DNA from: a virus
Direction: 5' to 3' (one strand)
Virus record (IMG/VR): IMGVR_UViG_3300030085_004215
Location: 1-64,000 of that record
DNA: 64,000 nucleotides
Shown: in pieces, positions 51,255 through 60,672 of the stretch
How the letters are laid out: each line of letters starts with the position of its first letter
How positions within the stretch are numbered: position 1 is the stretch's first letter
The notes under the pieces: model-generated
The model's database searches: none
Seen by the model: the letters and a program-made list of their open reading frames with translations, nothing else
Told to the model about the DNA's origin: nothing
Made by a program: the position numbers and the translations under genes

Positions 51255-51599
51255 TCATTTTCTTTTCACCTCTACATCCAACATTCGACATAAATCCATT
51301 GTGAGATTATTGTATTCGGGATATTTCACTAAGGTTTCTAACAACTTATCAACATACTCAATTGGGATTGTATCGAGTTCGGGATACTCTATCAACATCA
51401 TACTCACTTGTAGAAATGTATGGATGGCCTCCTCTACCTCTTTTGGATGGCCTGGTTGAACTCCCTTTTTACCCGATTGATAATCCTTCATTAATCGTTC
51501 AAAATGTTCACGAAGTTCTTTTTCGTTGGGTTTATCGTTACTCAACTTCTTCCTTATCCGTTGAGGTATCGTGAGTATTCCAATGATATTCACTTTCAT
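51255..51599 (-). CDS. Hypothetical protein
   Basis: ORF in the GpC-free zone; start uncertain. Confidence 0.45.
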   Translation of the reverse strand: MKVNIIGILTIPQRIRKKLSNDKPNEKELREHFERLMKDYQSGKKGVQPGHPKEVEEAIHTFLQVSMMLIEYPELDTIPIEYVDKLLETLVKYPEYNNLTMDLCRMLDVEVKRK

Positions 51600-51962
51600 A
51601 TTGAGGTGTTGAATTATATTCTTGTATTAATTGACCTCTCACTATACTTTCATCTTGTTCATTTAATTTAATATCTAAAAAATCCCAATCTATTGTGATA
51701 TTATCTTTAAGGTAGTCACGAATCATTTCGTATTTTTCTTTTAACTCTTCACTCATTATCTTTCCTATAACTTGGATTAACTCTTTTATTGAAATCCAAA
51801 GTGTGTTTATATTACTCTCTCTCAAGGTACTCTCCTTTCACGATTGACGATATTGATTTGGGTTGGTTCGTTAGAACCAATCCCATTAACTTATCGAGTC
51901 GTAACTTTGTTGGGTGATTCCACCTCTTATATATACATATATTTGTTTTGAAAAAATAGTCG

Positions 51963-53690
51963 TTACTTTGTTGTCAAATCGAATACTTTCATATTTTTCC
52001 ACCCATTTACTTTGGTGAGGTCTTTCTTATCAATAACCACTATTCTTTCCACACCTCTTACTTTGTAATGTGTATTACCATAATCTCTGATATTGGTTTT
52101 GAGTTTATTAAAATGGTTATCATTTTCTCCACCATGTACCCAAACCATAGTTCTGAAAGGTTTCATGTGGTCTGGAGTTTCCATCTGAATCCTGGCCAGA
52201 AATTCAGTATAGTGGTAATCATCCATTACATCTATCTGAAACTCTAACAAATCATATTTATCATTTTCATCCACTTGGTGAACCAAATCCAAATTATGTG
52301 GATACACTTTCTGTAAATCCTCTTTCCAACTACTATCTAATGTATCAACATTCCTGTCAAGTACTCTACCCATATTCAATAGTGTATTACTATGTAGTGG
52401 ATGAGTATCATCTTGTAGAATTTTTACAATTTCGGATACCTCATTCTTCTCTTGTGATGAATGTACGGTTCCTTTAGTTTTATGTTCCCAACCCATATCC
52501 AATACGAGTTTTCTCAAAAATGTTTTAATTTTCTCTTGAAATTTGGTATCACTAATCTTGGTCTTATCACGACCAGAGGGATTATCTGGAGATGAGGGTA
52601 GTATTTGGATAACTAATTTACGATAGTTATATCTTGAATCCCATGTACGAGTATGTTCACTATATAACCCAATTTCAAATAATCTAACCCTATTCGGTCC
52701 AAGTACATCAATGGTTGGGAAAGACCTATCTCCACCTTTGGAATCCCATAGAAATACATTATCCTCACCAACCCTATTCTTAAAATCCTCGAACTCGGCC
52801 GAGTTTTCAGGTGGTATCACATCCGTGTAATAAACTGATATATGATACTCCTTATCACCATCTTTAATTTTATGGAAATTACCTAAAACATCGTCCTCTT
52901 GGTTTACTGAGGGTATCATATCCTCAATAGTGGTAACAAGATTATCACCAAATACTGGTAAGTATAGTTTATTATTAGAACCAGTATTATCACCAATTTT
53001 GAAGTTTATACTAACATCAGTATTGTTGAATCTTCTACGAGTAAATTTTCTAATCTTGTAAAAATCAAAATTAAGACCTAAATCACTATATAGATTTATC
53101 TTATCGAAGAAACCAGTATATTCTCCACCTTGACCATGTAGTTTAAGAAAATCAACAAGACCAACAGAATAGAAATCTACTGAGATTCCTACACAATGAT
53201 TCATAAATTGTCTTTTAGAAATATTATGAATATCATCCTCTAAAAAATTCTGATTATCGAATTCATAATTAAATTTACCAATGATATAAGTATCACCAGA
53301 AATTTTGAAACCAACATAATCTCTAATCCCAATTTGATACATCCCTAATGAACCACCAATTCCGGCCAGGTCAATAGAGTAATCACTTGGTTTTTTCTTT
53401 TTACCAGTTTTTCTTCTGATAAAGTTACTTATCACAAAATTCATTCCAGAGTTTTCATCAACCACCTCTGGTCGTTTTGTTAATCCAACACCATTATCCG
53501 AATGGATAAATATATTATTATCAATATGGTTAAGAATCTTTCTTGATTCATAATCAAATGAGTTATCGTCTTGTTCGGCCGAGATATTCTCATCGGTGAA
53601 ATCGTTCTCCAATGGTTGGACAGTAATCCAACTATGTAAATCTTCACCAATATCATAACTACCGATTTTGTTTAATTTTGAAAAATCCAT
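51963..53690 (-). CDS. Hypothetical 575-aa protein, possible N-terminal GHKL-type ATPase
   Basis: QPLEN, SDNGVG and AGIGG resemble the GHKL N/G1/G2 boxes; own early-type promoter. Confidence 0.45.
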   Translation of the reverse strand: MDFSKLNKIGSYDIGEDLHSWITVQPLENDFTDENISAEQDDNSFDYESRKILNHIDNNIFIHSDNGVGLTKRPEVVDENSGMNFVISNFIRRKTGKKKKPSDYSIDLAGIGGSLGMYQIGIRDYVGFKISGDTYIIGKFNYEFDNQNFLEDDIHNISKRQFMNHCVGISVDFYSVGLVDFLKLHGQGGEYTGFFDKINLYSDLGLNFDFYKIRKFTRRRFNNTDVSINFKIGDNTGSNNKLYLPVFGDNLVTTIEDMIPSVNQEDDVLGNFHKIKDGDKEYHISVYYTDVIPPENSAEFEDFKNRVGEDNVFLWDSKGGDRSFPTIDVLGPNRVRLFEIGLYSEHTRTWDSRYNYRKLVIQILPSSPDNPSGRDKTKISDTKFQEKIKTFLRKLVLDMGWEHKTKGTVHSSQEKNEVSEIVKILQDDTHPLHSNTLLNMGRVLDRNVDTLDSSWKEDLQKVYPHNLDLVHQVDENDKYDLLEFQIDVMDDYHYTEFLARIQMETPDHMKPFRTMVWVHGGENDNHFNKLKTNIRDYGNTHYKVRGVERIVVIDKKDLTKVNGWKNMKVFDLTTK

Positions 53691-53754
53691 TTCTTAATTC
53701 CTTGTATTTTCTTTATTTATTATACCTAAATATACGAACAAAAACATATATGTG

Positions 53755-54210
53755 TCAAGAGTTTTTTTCATAAATTTTTATTTTATGGTACATTTTATTT
53801 AAGGCCTCTTTTTGTTTCGGTGTAACCCGACCATATCGTTTTACCCCTTTTAGAACACTAGTCAAAAAGGATAAACTACTATCTTTCCATTTATCAGTAC
53901 CATCGGCCTCTTTTACTAAAAACATCAACTTAGTTATTTTTTCTTCTATACTCTGTATCTTCTCAACTCGTTTTGGGTCGTCATTTTCTTTTCTCCATTT
54001 CACATAACCATCTATAATTTTTTGGATTGCCGATTCCATCTTAGGTGTTATAGTTCTACCACCACTAATTGCATTAGTCATACTATGGACAAATTCCTTG
54101 TAACCGTCATTCATATAGTAATCACCGTCTGAGATGATGTAACTCAGTTGTTGGTGTTGTTTTTTGAATTTGTCCATATTATCGACAATCCTATGAGGGA
54201 CTTTACTCAC
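53755..54210 (-). CDS. Hypothetical protein with two internal repeats
   Basis: FVHSM...GRTITPKM and FLTSV...GRVTPKQ repeats. Confidence 0.55.
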   Translation of the reverse strand: MSKVPHRIVDNMDKFKKQHQQLSYIISDGDYYMNDGYKEFVHSMTNAISGGRTITPKMESAIQKIIDGYVKWRKENDDPKRVEKIQSIEEKITKLMFLVKEADGTDKWKDSSLSFLTSVLKGVKRYGRVTPKQKEALNKMYHKIKIYEKNS

Positions 54211-54214
54211 TTAC

Positions 54215-54415
54215 TTAGAAATCCTCCAGGAGTTCATCAAGTTCACTATCCATTCCATCAAAATCATTGATGAATCCATCATTCAATGTATCGAACATCA
54301 CATTATCCATCTTCATATCGTCAAGTGACATTTTTTTGGTTCCATATCCAACATCTTTAGTAGATGTATGTTTTTTGAGTTTTTTTGGTTTATTGACCAT
54401 TTTGTTTTTCTTCAT
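54215..54415 (-). CDS. Small hypothetical protein (basic N-terminus, acidic C-terminus)
   Basis: Start moved to 54415, behind an AAGGA SD and the promoter at 54442-54471. Confidence 0.55.
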   Translation of the reverse strand: MKKNKMVNKPKKLKKHTSTKDVGYGTKKMSLDDMKMDNVMFDTLNDGFINDFDGMDSELDELLEDF

Positions 54416-54504
54416 TGTTTTTCCTTTATTTATCATGGTTAAATATACAAAACTTTTACTATATGTGTCAAGTGTTTTTTTCACTTTTTTAATTTTTTTT
54501 TTCG

Positions 54505-55023
54505 TAAGGAGTTGGTGGGAAGTACTCCGCCCTCCCACCATATGAGAATCAGAACTAACTACCGATATTAATTTCGCCACCTCGGTAGAGGGTGACCTTA
54601 AATCTTTCGATTGATGTCCGATGTGCTCTTCCGTTCCACCTCGGTAAAACATTTTCTACAAAGGGTCTGTGTTCCCTATAGAAGTAATCAAACCATGTAC
54701 CATCAATCTAAATCTTAGTGTTGGACTGGTTCTCCTCTTTATTCGCGAGTTCAAGGATATTCCGAGTTGTCCGTAGACTTTCATTTTAAGGTTCTCACAC
54801 CACTCAATCCCTACTCCTCTTTCGTGAACTGAGCCAACAAAATCTTTGGTGGTCTTTGTCTATGAGTTCCACCTTCTCTCATCTGCCTCATTATTCTTGA
54901 TTCTACCGAGGACTTTAGTAGAACCCCACATTCTTCTTACCCTATCCCGTCTTTACCCAATGTGGTAGGTGGGATTCAACAGGTTTTCATTAGTTCATCG
55001 GTTTATTTTCTCCTCATTTATCA
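54505..55023 (-). ncRNA. Candidate large structured non-coding RNA (~500 nt)
   Basis: Own promoter (55030-55059), no credible ORF, GC-richer than flanks, several helices and 5'/3' complementarity. Confidence 0.55.
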
Positions 55024-55225
55024 TACCTAAATATACGGCTTTTTTACTATATAAGTCAAGTACTTTTTTCATTTTTTTTCAATTTTTTTTTATCATTAAT
55101 ATCTAAATCTATTACACACCCTAAACAAATTTCTGGATAAAAAATCATTTTACCATCTAATGGACCAGAACAAACCTTACAAGTAATTTCTTCCAGTCCG
55201 ATAGTCATTAATGGTTTTTTCATTT

Positions 55226-55591
55226 TTAAAACAATTCTCCATTTACTTGGATTAAATCTTGTGTTAATGTACTTGGTTCATCAAAAGATGAAGTGATAAA
55301 TGGACCATCTTCATCTACATCTACATCCCATCCACACCCAACTCTGGCCATTACTTCGTCTACGATTTTATCCTCACCAAATGCAAGTTTATCAAACCAG
55401 TCGTACTTCATATCTAATACTGAAGTAGGATTACTGAAATCAATATCACCATTTTCTAAAATTTTAAAGACATTACCATTAATGGTATCAATTACAGAAT
55501 GGACTTGAAATAAAACTTTTATTTCACTTGTGTCACGATTGTTGTTTTCTAAATATGTTTCTAAGTTCATTATTTTTCCTTTATTTTTCAT
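55226..55591 (-). CDS. Hypothetical early protein
   Basis: Own early-type promoter and shared leader. Confidence 0.6.
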   Translation of the reverse strand: MKNKGKIMNLETYLENNNRDTSEIKVLFQVHSVIDTINGNVFKILENGDIDFSNPTSVLDMKYDWFDKLAFGEDKIVDEVMARVGCGWDVDVDEDGPFITSSFDEPSTLTQDLIQVNGELF

Positions 55592-55635
55592 ACCTTAATA
55601 TACAAAAGAAATACTATATAAGTCAAGTACTTTTT

Positions 55636-56016
55636 TTAATTTTTTTCAGAAAGTTTTGAAAAATATTCATCCTTACTGATACCCAGTCTACCATTAGTTT
55701 TTCTACCCCAAGTAAACTCACTCTTTAGTTTTTTGTTAGACAATACATTAACAAAAAACTCATTAGTTGGATTCTCACAAACAAACTCATAGTTTTTTAA
55801 GAATCTATCCACACCATTCATATCACTACTTTTTGTGAAATACATTCTTTCATATGGTAAATTTACAGTACTCATAGACAATTTGAAATTCTTGAAATAC
55901 TTATTGTACTCAACTCCGACATGTTGGATAGTACCACTTCTTTTATTTACCCAATAAGTGTAAGTACCTTCTTTTAGATGTTTTCTTGTATTCATTATTT
56001 TTTCCTTATTTTTCAT
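55636..56016 (-). CDS. Hypothetical early protein
   Basis: Own early-type promoter and shared leader. Confidence 0.6.
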   Translation of the reverse strand: MKNKEKIMNTRKHLKEGTYTYWVNKRSGTIQHVGVEYNKYFKNFKLSMSTVNLPYERMYFTKSSDMNGVDRFLKNYEFVCENPTNEFFVNVLSNKKLKSEFTWGRKTNGRLGISKDEYFSKLSEKN

Positions 56017-56068
56017 ACCTTAATATACTAAAGAAATAGTATATGTGTCAAGTGTTTTTTTCATTTTT

Positions 56069-56413
56069 TTATAAATAATTTGGACCCGTCCAACTATAAT
56101 AATCTTGGTTCTTATCAAAGATATTACCACGAGTATGTTTTGCTGCTGCATTATATCCTGCGGCCTTGAATACATCACCACACTTCATAGGTAGACCTTT
56201 ATGTTGTCCATCTACTTTTGCAACAAATCCCCAAACACGATTCCTCTCTACAATCTTGTCGAACTTACGACCTGGTTTTATGTCTAATTCTAAATCTCTG
56301 GCATGAGTATGTTTAGACCAGTTGTGATAACTCGTTTGAATACCTTTCAATAGGTTTTCAACACCTGTTTTGTAATCGTTTTTTGGTGGTAATGGTTTAA
56401 TTCCGTTAATCAT
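56069..56413 (-). CDS. Hypothetical early phage protein
   Basis: GRKFDKI...VWGFV...GDVFKAA...RGNI motif; own promoter and AGGAG SD. Confidence 0.65.
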   Translation of the reverse strand: MINGIKPLPPKNDYKTGVENLLKGIQTSYHNWSKHTHARDLELDIKPGRKFDKIVERNRVWGFVAKVDGQHKGLPMKCGDVFKAAGYNAAAKHTRGNIFDKNQDYYSWTGPNYL

Positions 56414-56517
56414 TATTTTCTCCTTATTTTTGATACCTTAATATACGAAGAAAATATAATACGAGTCAAGTACTTTTTTTATATTTTTTGAAGTTTTTTA
56501 ATGAATGGAATAAAACT

Positions 56518-56802
56518 TTATTTGTATAACATTTCCCATAGGTTTTTCAGAAAAAGTGATAGAAAACCAACTCCGATGACACCTCTCCATTTTGTCGTAT
56601 TTTCTCTGAATTGAGTATTCTGTTTTGTCTCTGCCCATAATCCCTCGTGTGGATTAAATAGATTCTCCTTCAAAAACCTTAATGATTCATCTGTCCTACC
56701 ATGTGCCATGGACATTTCGTGTTTCAACTCATCAAGTTTTTTTTCAATTGAATCAATCTTATTATGGACTAAATCAAATTCTTTTCTATCGGCTTGGTTC
56801 AC
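56518..56802 (-). CDS. Coiled-coil protein with C-terminal TM helix
   Basis: Heptad pattern and a hydrophobic C-terminus. Confidence 0.5.
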   Translation of the reverse strand: MNQADRKEFDLVHNKIDSIEKKLDELKHEMSMAHGRTDESLRFLKENLFNPHEGLWAETKQNTQFRENTTKWRGVIGVGFLSLFLKNLWEMLYK

Positions 56803-57603
56803 CTTAACATACCCCTATGTTTAGTTGATAATAAATACTGTATATATTAATTTCTGTACTTTCTTGGAGTTGGTTTTTTTGGTTTATATCCACTTTCTAA
56901 AACTTTTTTATCTTCAATCAAGTTATCAATCAATCTGTTCTTTCTTTCCATAGATTTTATAGTGAATAAACCCATTGACAAACCACCCATTATTACTCCA
57001 ATAATAATACCACAAAAAAATGCCAACCAAATAGGATTAATCATTTTGTCTTTGATGTTCGTATAACACTAATACATACATTAAAACACATCCCATTGCG
57101 ATTAGTCCTACTGGAACCACATTAAGATATATTATTAAAATTGCCTCACTAATCGTCATCTGTTTCCTCGTTGGTTAAATACTCAGAATCTTGATGTACC
57201 ACAATGACACTTCCACTTTCTTCACTTGGATTATCTTCATAATCTTTACGAAGTTCTATGGCCTCTTTTTCAATCTCTATCGAAAGGTTTTCAAGTTCTT
57301 TTAATTGTTCTTGTGTTAAAATTGGTTCTTTACTCATCCTAATAACCTATCTTCATCATCAACTATATCTTTATCTTCTTTCCACCATTCTACCTGTCTA
57401 TTCTGTAATGATGACCTCAATCCTAAATCAAAATCATTTTCAGTCTGTACTTTCCATAATTTATCAAATTCACTTTCATCTATCTGTTTTCGTTTAACAA
57501 AATAGGTTTTTGCACCCGATATACCAACATCATCCGATAAATCAACTTTATCAATTATCTCATCAAATTTATTAACTAATAAATACTTCAACTCAAACTC
57601 CTT

Positions 57604-58140
57604 TTATTCAAGGACGATACCAATCATATCCCAACTCTCTCTATTGTATTGTGCACCGACCCATAGTGTATCACCAATCATATTTTGGACTGGTGCAATC
57701 ATATTTACAACCTCACCATCATCACTATAACTGGCATAATTACTCGTTCTAACTTCATGACCAACAAAATGTGTTATATAAGTGGTATCATAACCGACCC
57801 ATTGTACTTCATCACTTAACCCACCATGAACATAATAACCCATAGTATCACCAACATGCCAATATAGATTACTTTCGAAATACACTTTCCATCTATCAAC
57901 TGCCCCATCTTGGTCTGTTAAGAACCCCTCTAACCTATGTAATGTTTGCCATTTAAATCTATTGATTGTAAGATGATATAATCCGTTATCATCTTGTGGT
58001 AAACCCACTGTCCAAACAAATTCAAATTCTCGTTCCTCCTCATAGTGTTTATCTTCACACCCTATGAATATGAATAGACTAACGAGAACTATTCTTTTTA
58101 TTAATCTTGAATGTCTTTGAATCTTTTTTACTAAATTCAT
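57604..58140 (-). CDS. Putative lipoprotein
   Basis: IVLVSLFIFIGC lipobox-like signal. Confidence 0.55.
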   Translation of the reverse strand: MNLVKKIQRHSRLIKRIVLVSLFIFIGCEDKHYEEEREFEFVWTVGLPQDDNGLYHLTINRFKWQTLHRLEGFLTDQDGAVDRWKVYFESNLYWHVGDTMGYYVHGGLSDEVQWVGYDTTYITHFVGHEVRTSNYASYSDDGEVVNMIAPVQNMIGDTLWVGAQYNRESWDMIGIVLE

Positions 58141-58498
58141 TGTAACTCTTCCTTTTCTTTTTTGGTTTTTTCTTTGTTTGGATTGTTTCTCTGAAGGCCT
58201 CTTCTTCGAGTTCTTCCCAATCCAAATTGTTATGAAATTTACTCATTTACAACTCCTTAATATAACACCAAAAATACATACGAGTCAACGCTTTTTTACT
58301 CTTAATTTCTCTATGAAACTTAAAAACTCTTCTATACTATAAGTAGTACCCTGGTCATCGAAAATACTAAAATTTTCTAATGATTCTGGTTGGTTGTGAA
58401 TCAGATTGTGTAGTGCAAGCATACCATCTCCTGCATACCAAGTTCCTAAACTCTCTTCACCTAAAATATTAGAATCAAACATTAAATTTTCTTTAGAT

Positions 58499-59764
58499 TC
58501 ATTTTTCCCTAATATGAAAAACGTCATTTACCATCCCCTCTTCAAGTGGTTTCACTCTTCTAATTTCAACATCAAATATATCTATCTCAAATCTTCCTTC
58601 TTCACCCGAATCAGAGAGTATATTTGATAAATTTTCAATAATATCTCTACTATAGTTCGTTATTCTATCACAATCAAATCTTAAAATAATATCATTATCT
58701 ACTTCCGAATGATGTGTCTTGATTTTTTTTGATAAATCGTACAATGTATTCTGTTGTTCTGAACTTATGTATTTATTTACACCATAACCTTTATGTCCAA
58801 CCCAATCTCCATAAATTGTGGTACACCACGGTTCTAAATATTCTAAATTCTGTAAATTACAATTCTCTACCACAAAACCTATATCATATACTTTAGGTAT
58901 GACTGGATGTAACCATTCATCATGAGTTATTATTGCACCCCATTTTCTAATAAAGTTTCGTGTACTCCGTTGGTTCTGAGCCAACCACTCCGATGATTCT
59001 CTACCCTTCATAAAAACTTGACCTGCAGGATTTCTAATTGCACCATCTTTGAATCTACTACCTCTACAAGTCATATGATACACAAACCCTTTCCAAGTCT
59101 GTATCAACTCGTATCCTGCCAAAAGAAATCTGTTGAATATATCAGAGTCCTCTTTGGATTGTGGTGCAAATAGTGGGTCATGTCCACCAACAAAATCCCA
59201 ATCCTTTTTCATTATGGCCCATGGTGCAAATATTCCTTTTGAAATCTCTTGATTGAGAGATAATGGCCCGTATAACAAACCATCCTTACCAGTTTGGATA
59301 TCATCAACAAACTTTAATAATTCAGTTTCTTTAAACTCCTCTGGTTCTATTCCGAAATCTTCTAATATTTTTTCTTTACCATCTGGATGTAATGGTGGTT
59401 CTATTCTTGTTAGTGATACGACAGTTCCATCTTTAATAAGTTTATCTATCTGTACATCTGAATTAGGACAGAGATACATATCTGCATGAAATATCATAAC
59501 TATATCATTACTTGAATACTCATTTATTAATGTATCATATAGAATAGTATGTCCTAATCTTTCTGGACCTGGATTGACATGTAATCTAACCTTTTTATCA
59601 GTTTTCATAATTTCCTCAACCCACTCAACTGTCCCATCTGTACTTGCATCACTTGCAATACAAATCTCGTGTTCTATAGATTGGTTCCTACGAATACTAT
59701 TATATGCCTGTTTTAAATATTTTAAGTTATTCCTACTTGGTAATATAAAACTTATAGGTCTCAT
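58499..59764 (-). CDS. Glycosyltransferase family 2
   Basis: ISFILPSRN, DASTDGT, HAD (DxD-like), EDSDIF.R, VYH. Confidence 0.85.
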   Translation of the reverse strand: MRPISFILPSRNNLKYLKQAYNSIRRNQSIEHEICIASDASTDGTVEWVEEIMKTDKKVRLHVNPGPERLGHTILYDTLINEYSSNDIVMIFHADMYLCPNSDVQIDKLIKDGTVVSLTRIEPPLHPDGKEKILEDFGIEPEEFKETELLKFVDDIQTGKDGLLYGPLSLNQEISKGIFAPWAIMKKDWDFVGGHDPLFAPQSKEDSDIFNRFLLAGYELIQTWKGFVYHMTCRGSRFKDGAIRNPAGQVFMKGRESSEWLAQNQRSTRNFIRKWGAIITHDEWLHPVIPKVYDIGFVVENCNLQNLEYLEPWCTTIYGDWVGHKGYGVNKYISSEQQNTLYDLSKKIKTHHSEVDNDIILRFDCDRITNYSRDIIENLSNILSDSGEEGRFEIDIFDVEIRRVKPLEEGMVNDVFHIREK

Positions 59765-60672
59765 TTATTTGTCAACTCCCAATGTTCTTTCCATTTTTCT
59801 TCTGTATAGTTTTGTTCAAATCTCTTAAGTGTCGTATCACTACACAAATCCCAAAATTTTTGTGACCTTAGTTTTCTTGCAACTTCTTTGGCCCCTTCTA
59901 AATCACCAACCTCGACTGTAGTTAGTGGATGTAATATTTCTTGTGTATCCAATCCTTTGTATCCAATACAAGGTGTTCCATGAAACCCACAGTTCATGGC
60001 AAATGTACCAGCAGCATGTGTCCTCATCAGATGAACACCTATACTAAAACCACCTAATGTATCTAACCAATCTCTCCAATTCATATAAGGTAGGTAATCT
60101 ATATCCTCAATGGCATCTTCTTGGTCTTGTTTTCTACCCATCGAGGGTGCCGACATAGGATATCCTATCTCTCTTGCCACTATGTAAGAATCAAAACCAC
60201 CATACCAACTAACAAAGTTACCACCAATCATTATACTGTTACTCCATCCAAACTCTCTTCTATTAAATCCATCAGTAATCATCAAACTTCTCATCACTCT
60301 TACATCCTTACAACCTAAACCAAGATAGTAATTCACATCACTTTCATTGTGACAATATACCCAATCTGCATCTGTTATCGTATTATAGTATTTGAATTGA
60401 TTTTCAATGGTGTAATCTTGAAAATACCAATGTGGTCCTTCCTGCATTACTGCAACTTTATCACAACATTCTCTGTATGTATTTAAATCTACATTAGGAT
60501 TTGTTTTTGGTATTATAACAATACCCAAATCAAACTTTTCACTCGGTATGTTGTTTATATTATAATGTGGTGCATCTAATGCCATCATCCAACCATATTC
60601 AGTTCTGGCATTGGGAAAATCTCTTGGTATTTTACCTTCTATTTGACTTTCTGAAAAAAATACAACCTTCAT
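59761..60672 (-). CDS. Glycosyltransferase-like protein (GT-B C-terminal domain)
   Basis: YLPYMNW...GTFAMNCGFHGTPCIG pattern; located in the glycan locus. Confidence 0.5.
   Translation of the reverse strand: MKVVFFSESQIEGKIPRDFPNARTEYGWMMALDAPHYNINNIPSEKFDLGIVIIPKTNPNVDLNTYRECCDKVAVMQEGPHWYFQDYTIENQFKYYNTITDADWVYCHNESDVNYYLGLGCKDVRVMRSLMITDGFNRREFGWSNSIMIGGNFVSWYGGFDSYIVAREIGYPMSAPSMGRKQDQEDAIEDIDYLPYMNWRDWLDTLGGFSIGVHLMRTHAAGTFAMNCGFHGTPCIGYKGLDTQEILHPLTTVEVGDLEGAKEVARKLRSQKFWDLCSDTTLKRFEQNYTEEKWKEHWELTNK

Larger units (their letters stand above)
19557..58288 (-). promoter_or_regulatory. Family of 16 sigma70-like early promoters, TTGAC(T/A)-N18-TATATT
   Basis: Copies (-10 to -35): 19557-19586, 28256-28285, 31429-31458, 31785-31814, 39114-39143, 39590-39619, 42709-42738, 43288-43317, 49577-49606 (TAAATT variant), 53729-53758, 54442-54471, 55030-55059, 55597-55626, 56022-56051, 56440-56469, 58259-58288. 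Most have an upstream A-tract. Confidence 0.85.

Noticed and set aside
54416-54652. N-terminal extension of ORF 54215..54652
   Set aside because: It runs through a promoter, an A-tract and the candidate ncRNA; an SD-led start exists at 54415.
54505-55023. RNase P RNA or group I/II intron identity for the ncRNA candidate
   Set aside because: Only a partial AAAGTCC match; no GAGGAAAGTCC/CR-V pair, no domain V, and no interrupted host gene.
53700-56480. Recurring ~45-nt repeats as a possible CRISPR array
   Set aside because: The repeats are degenerate, separated by whole genes, and match -35/-10 promoter architecture; no cas genes are present.
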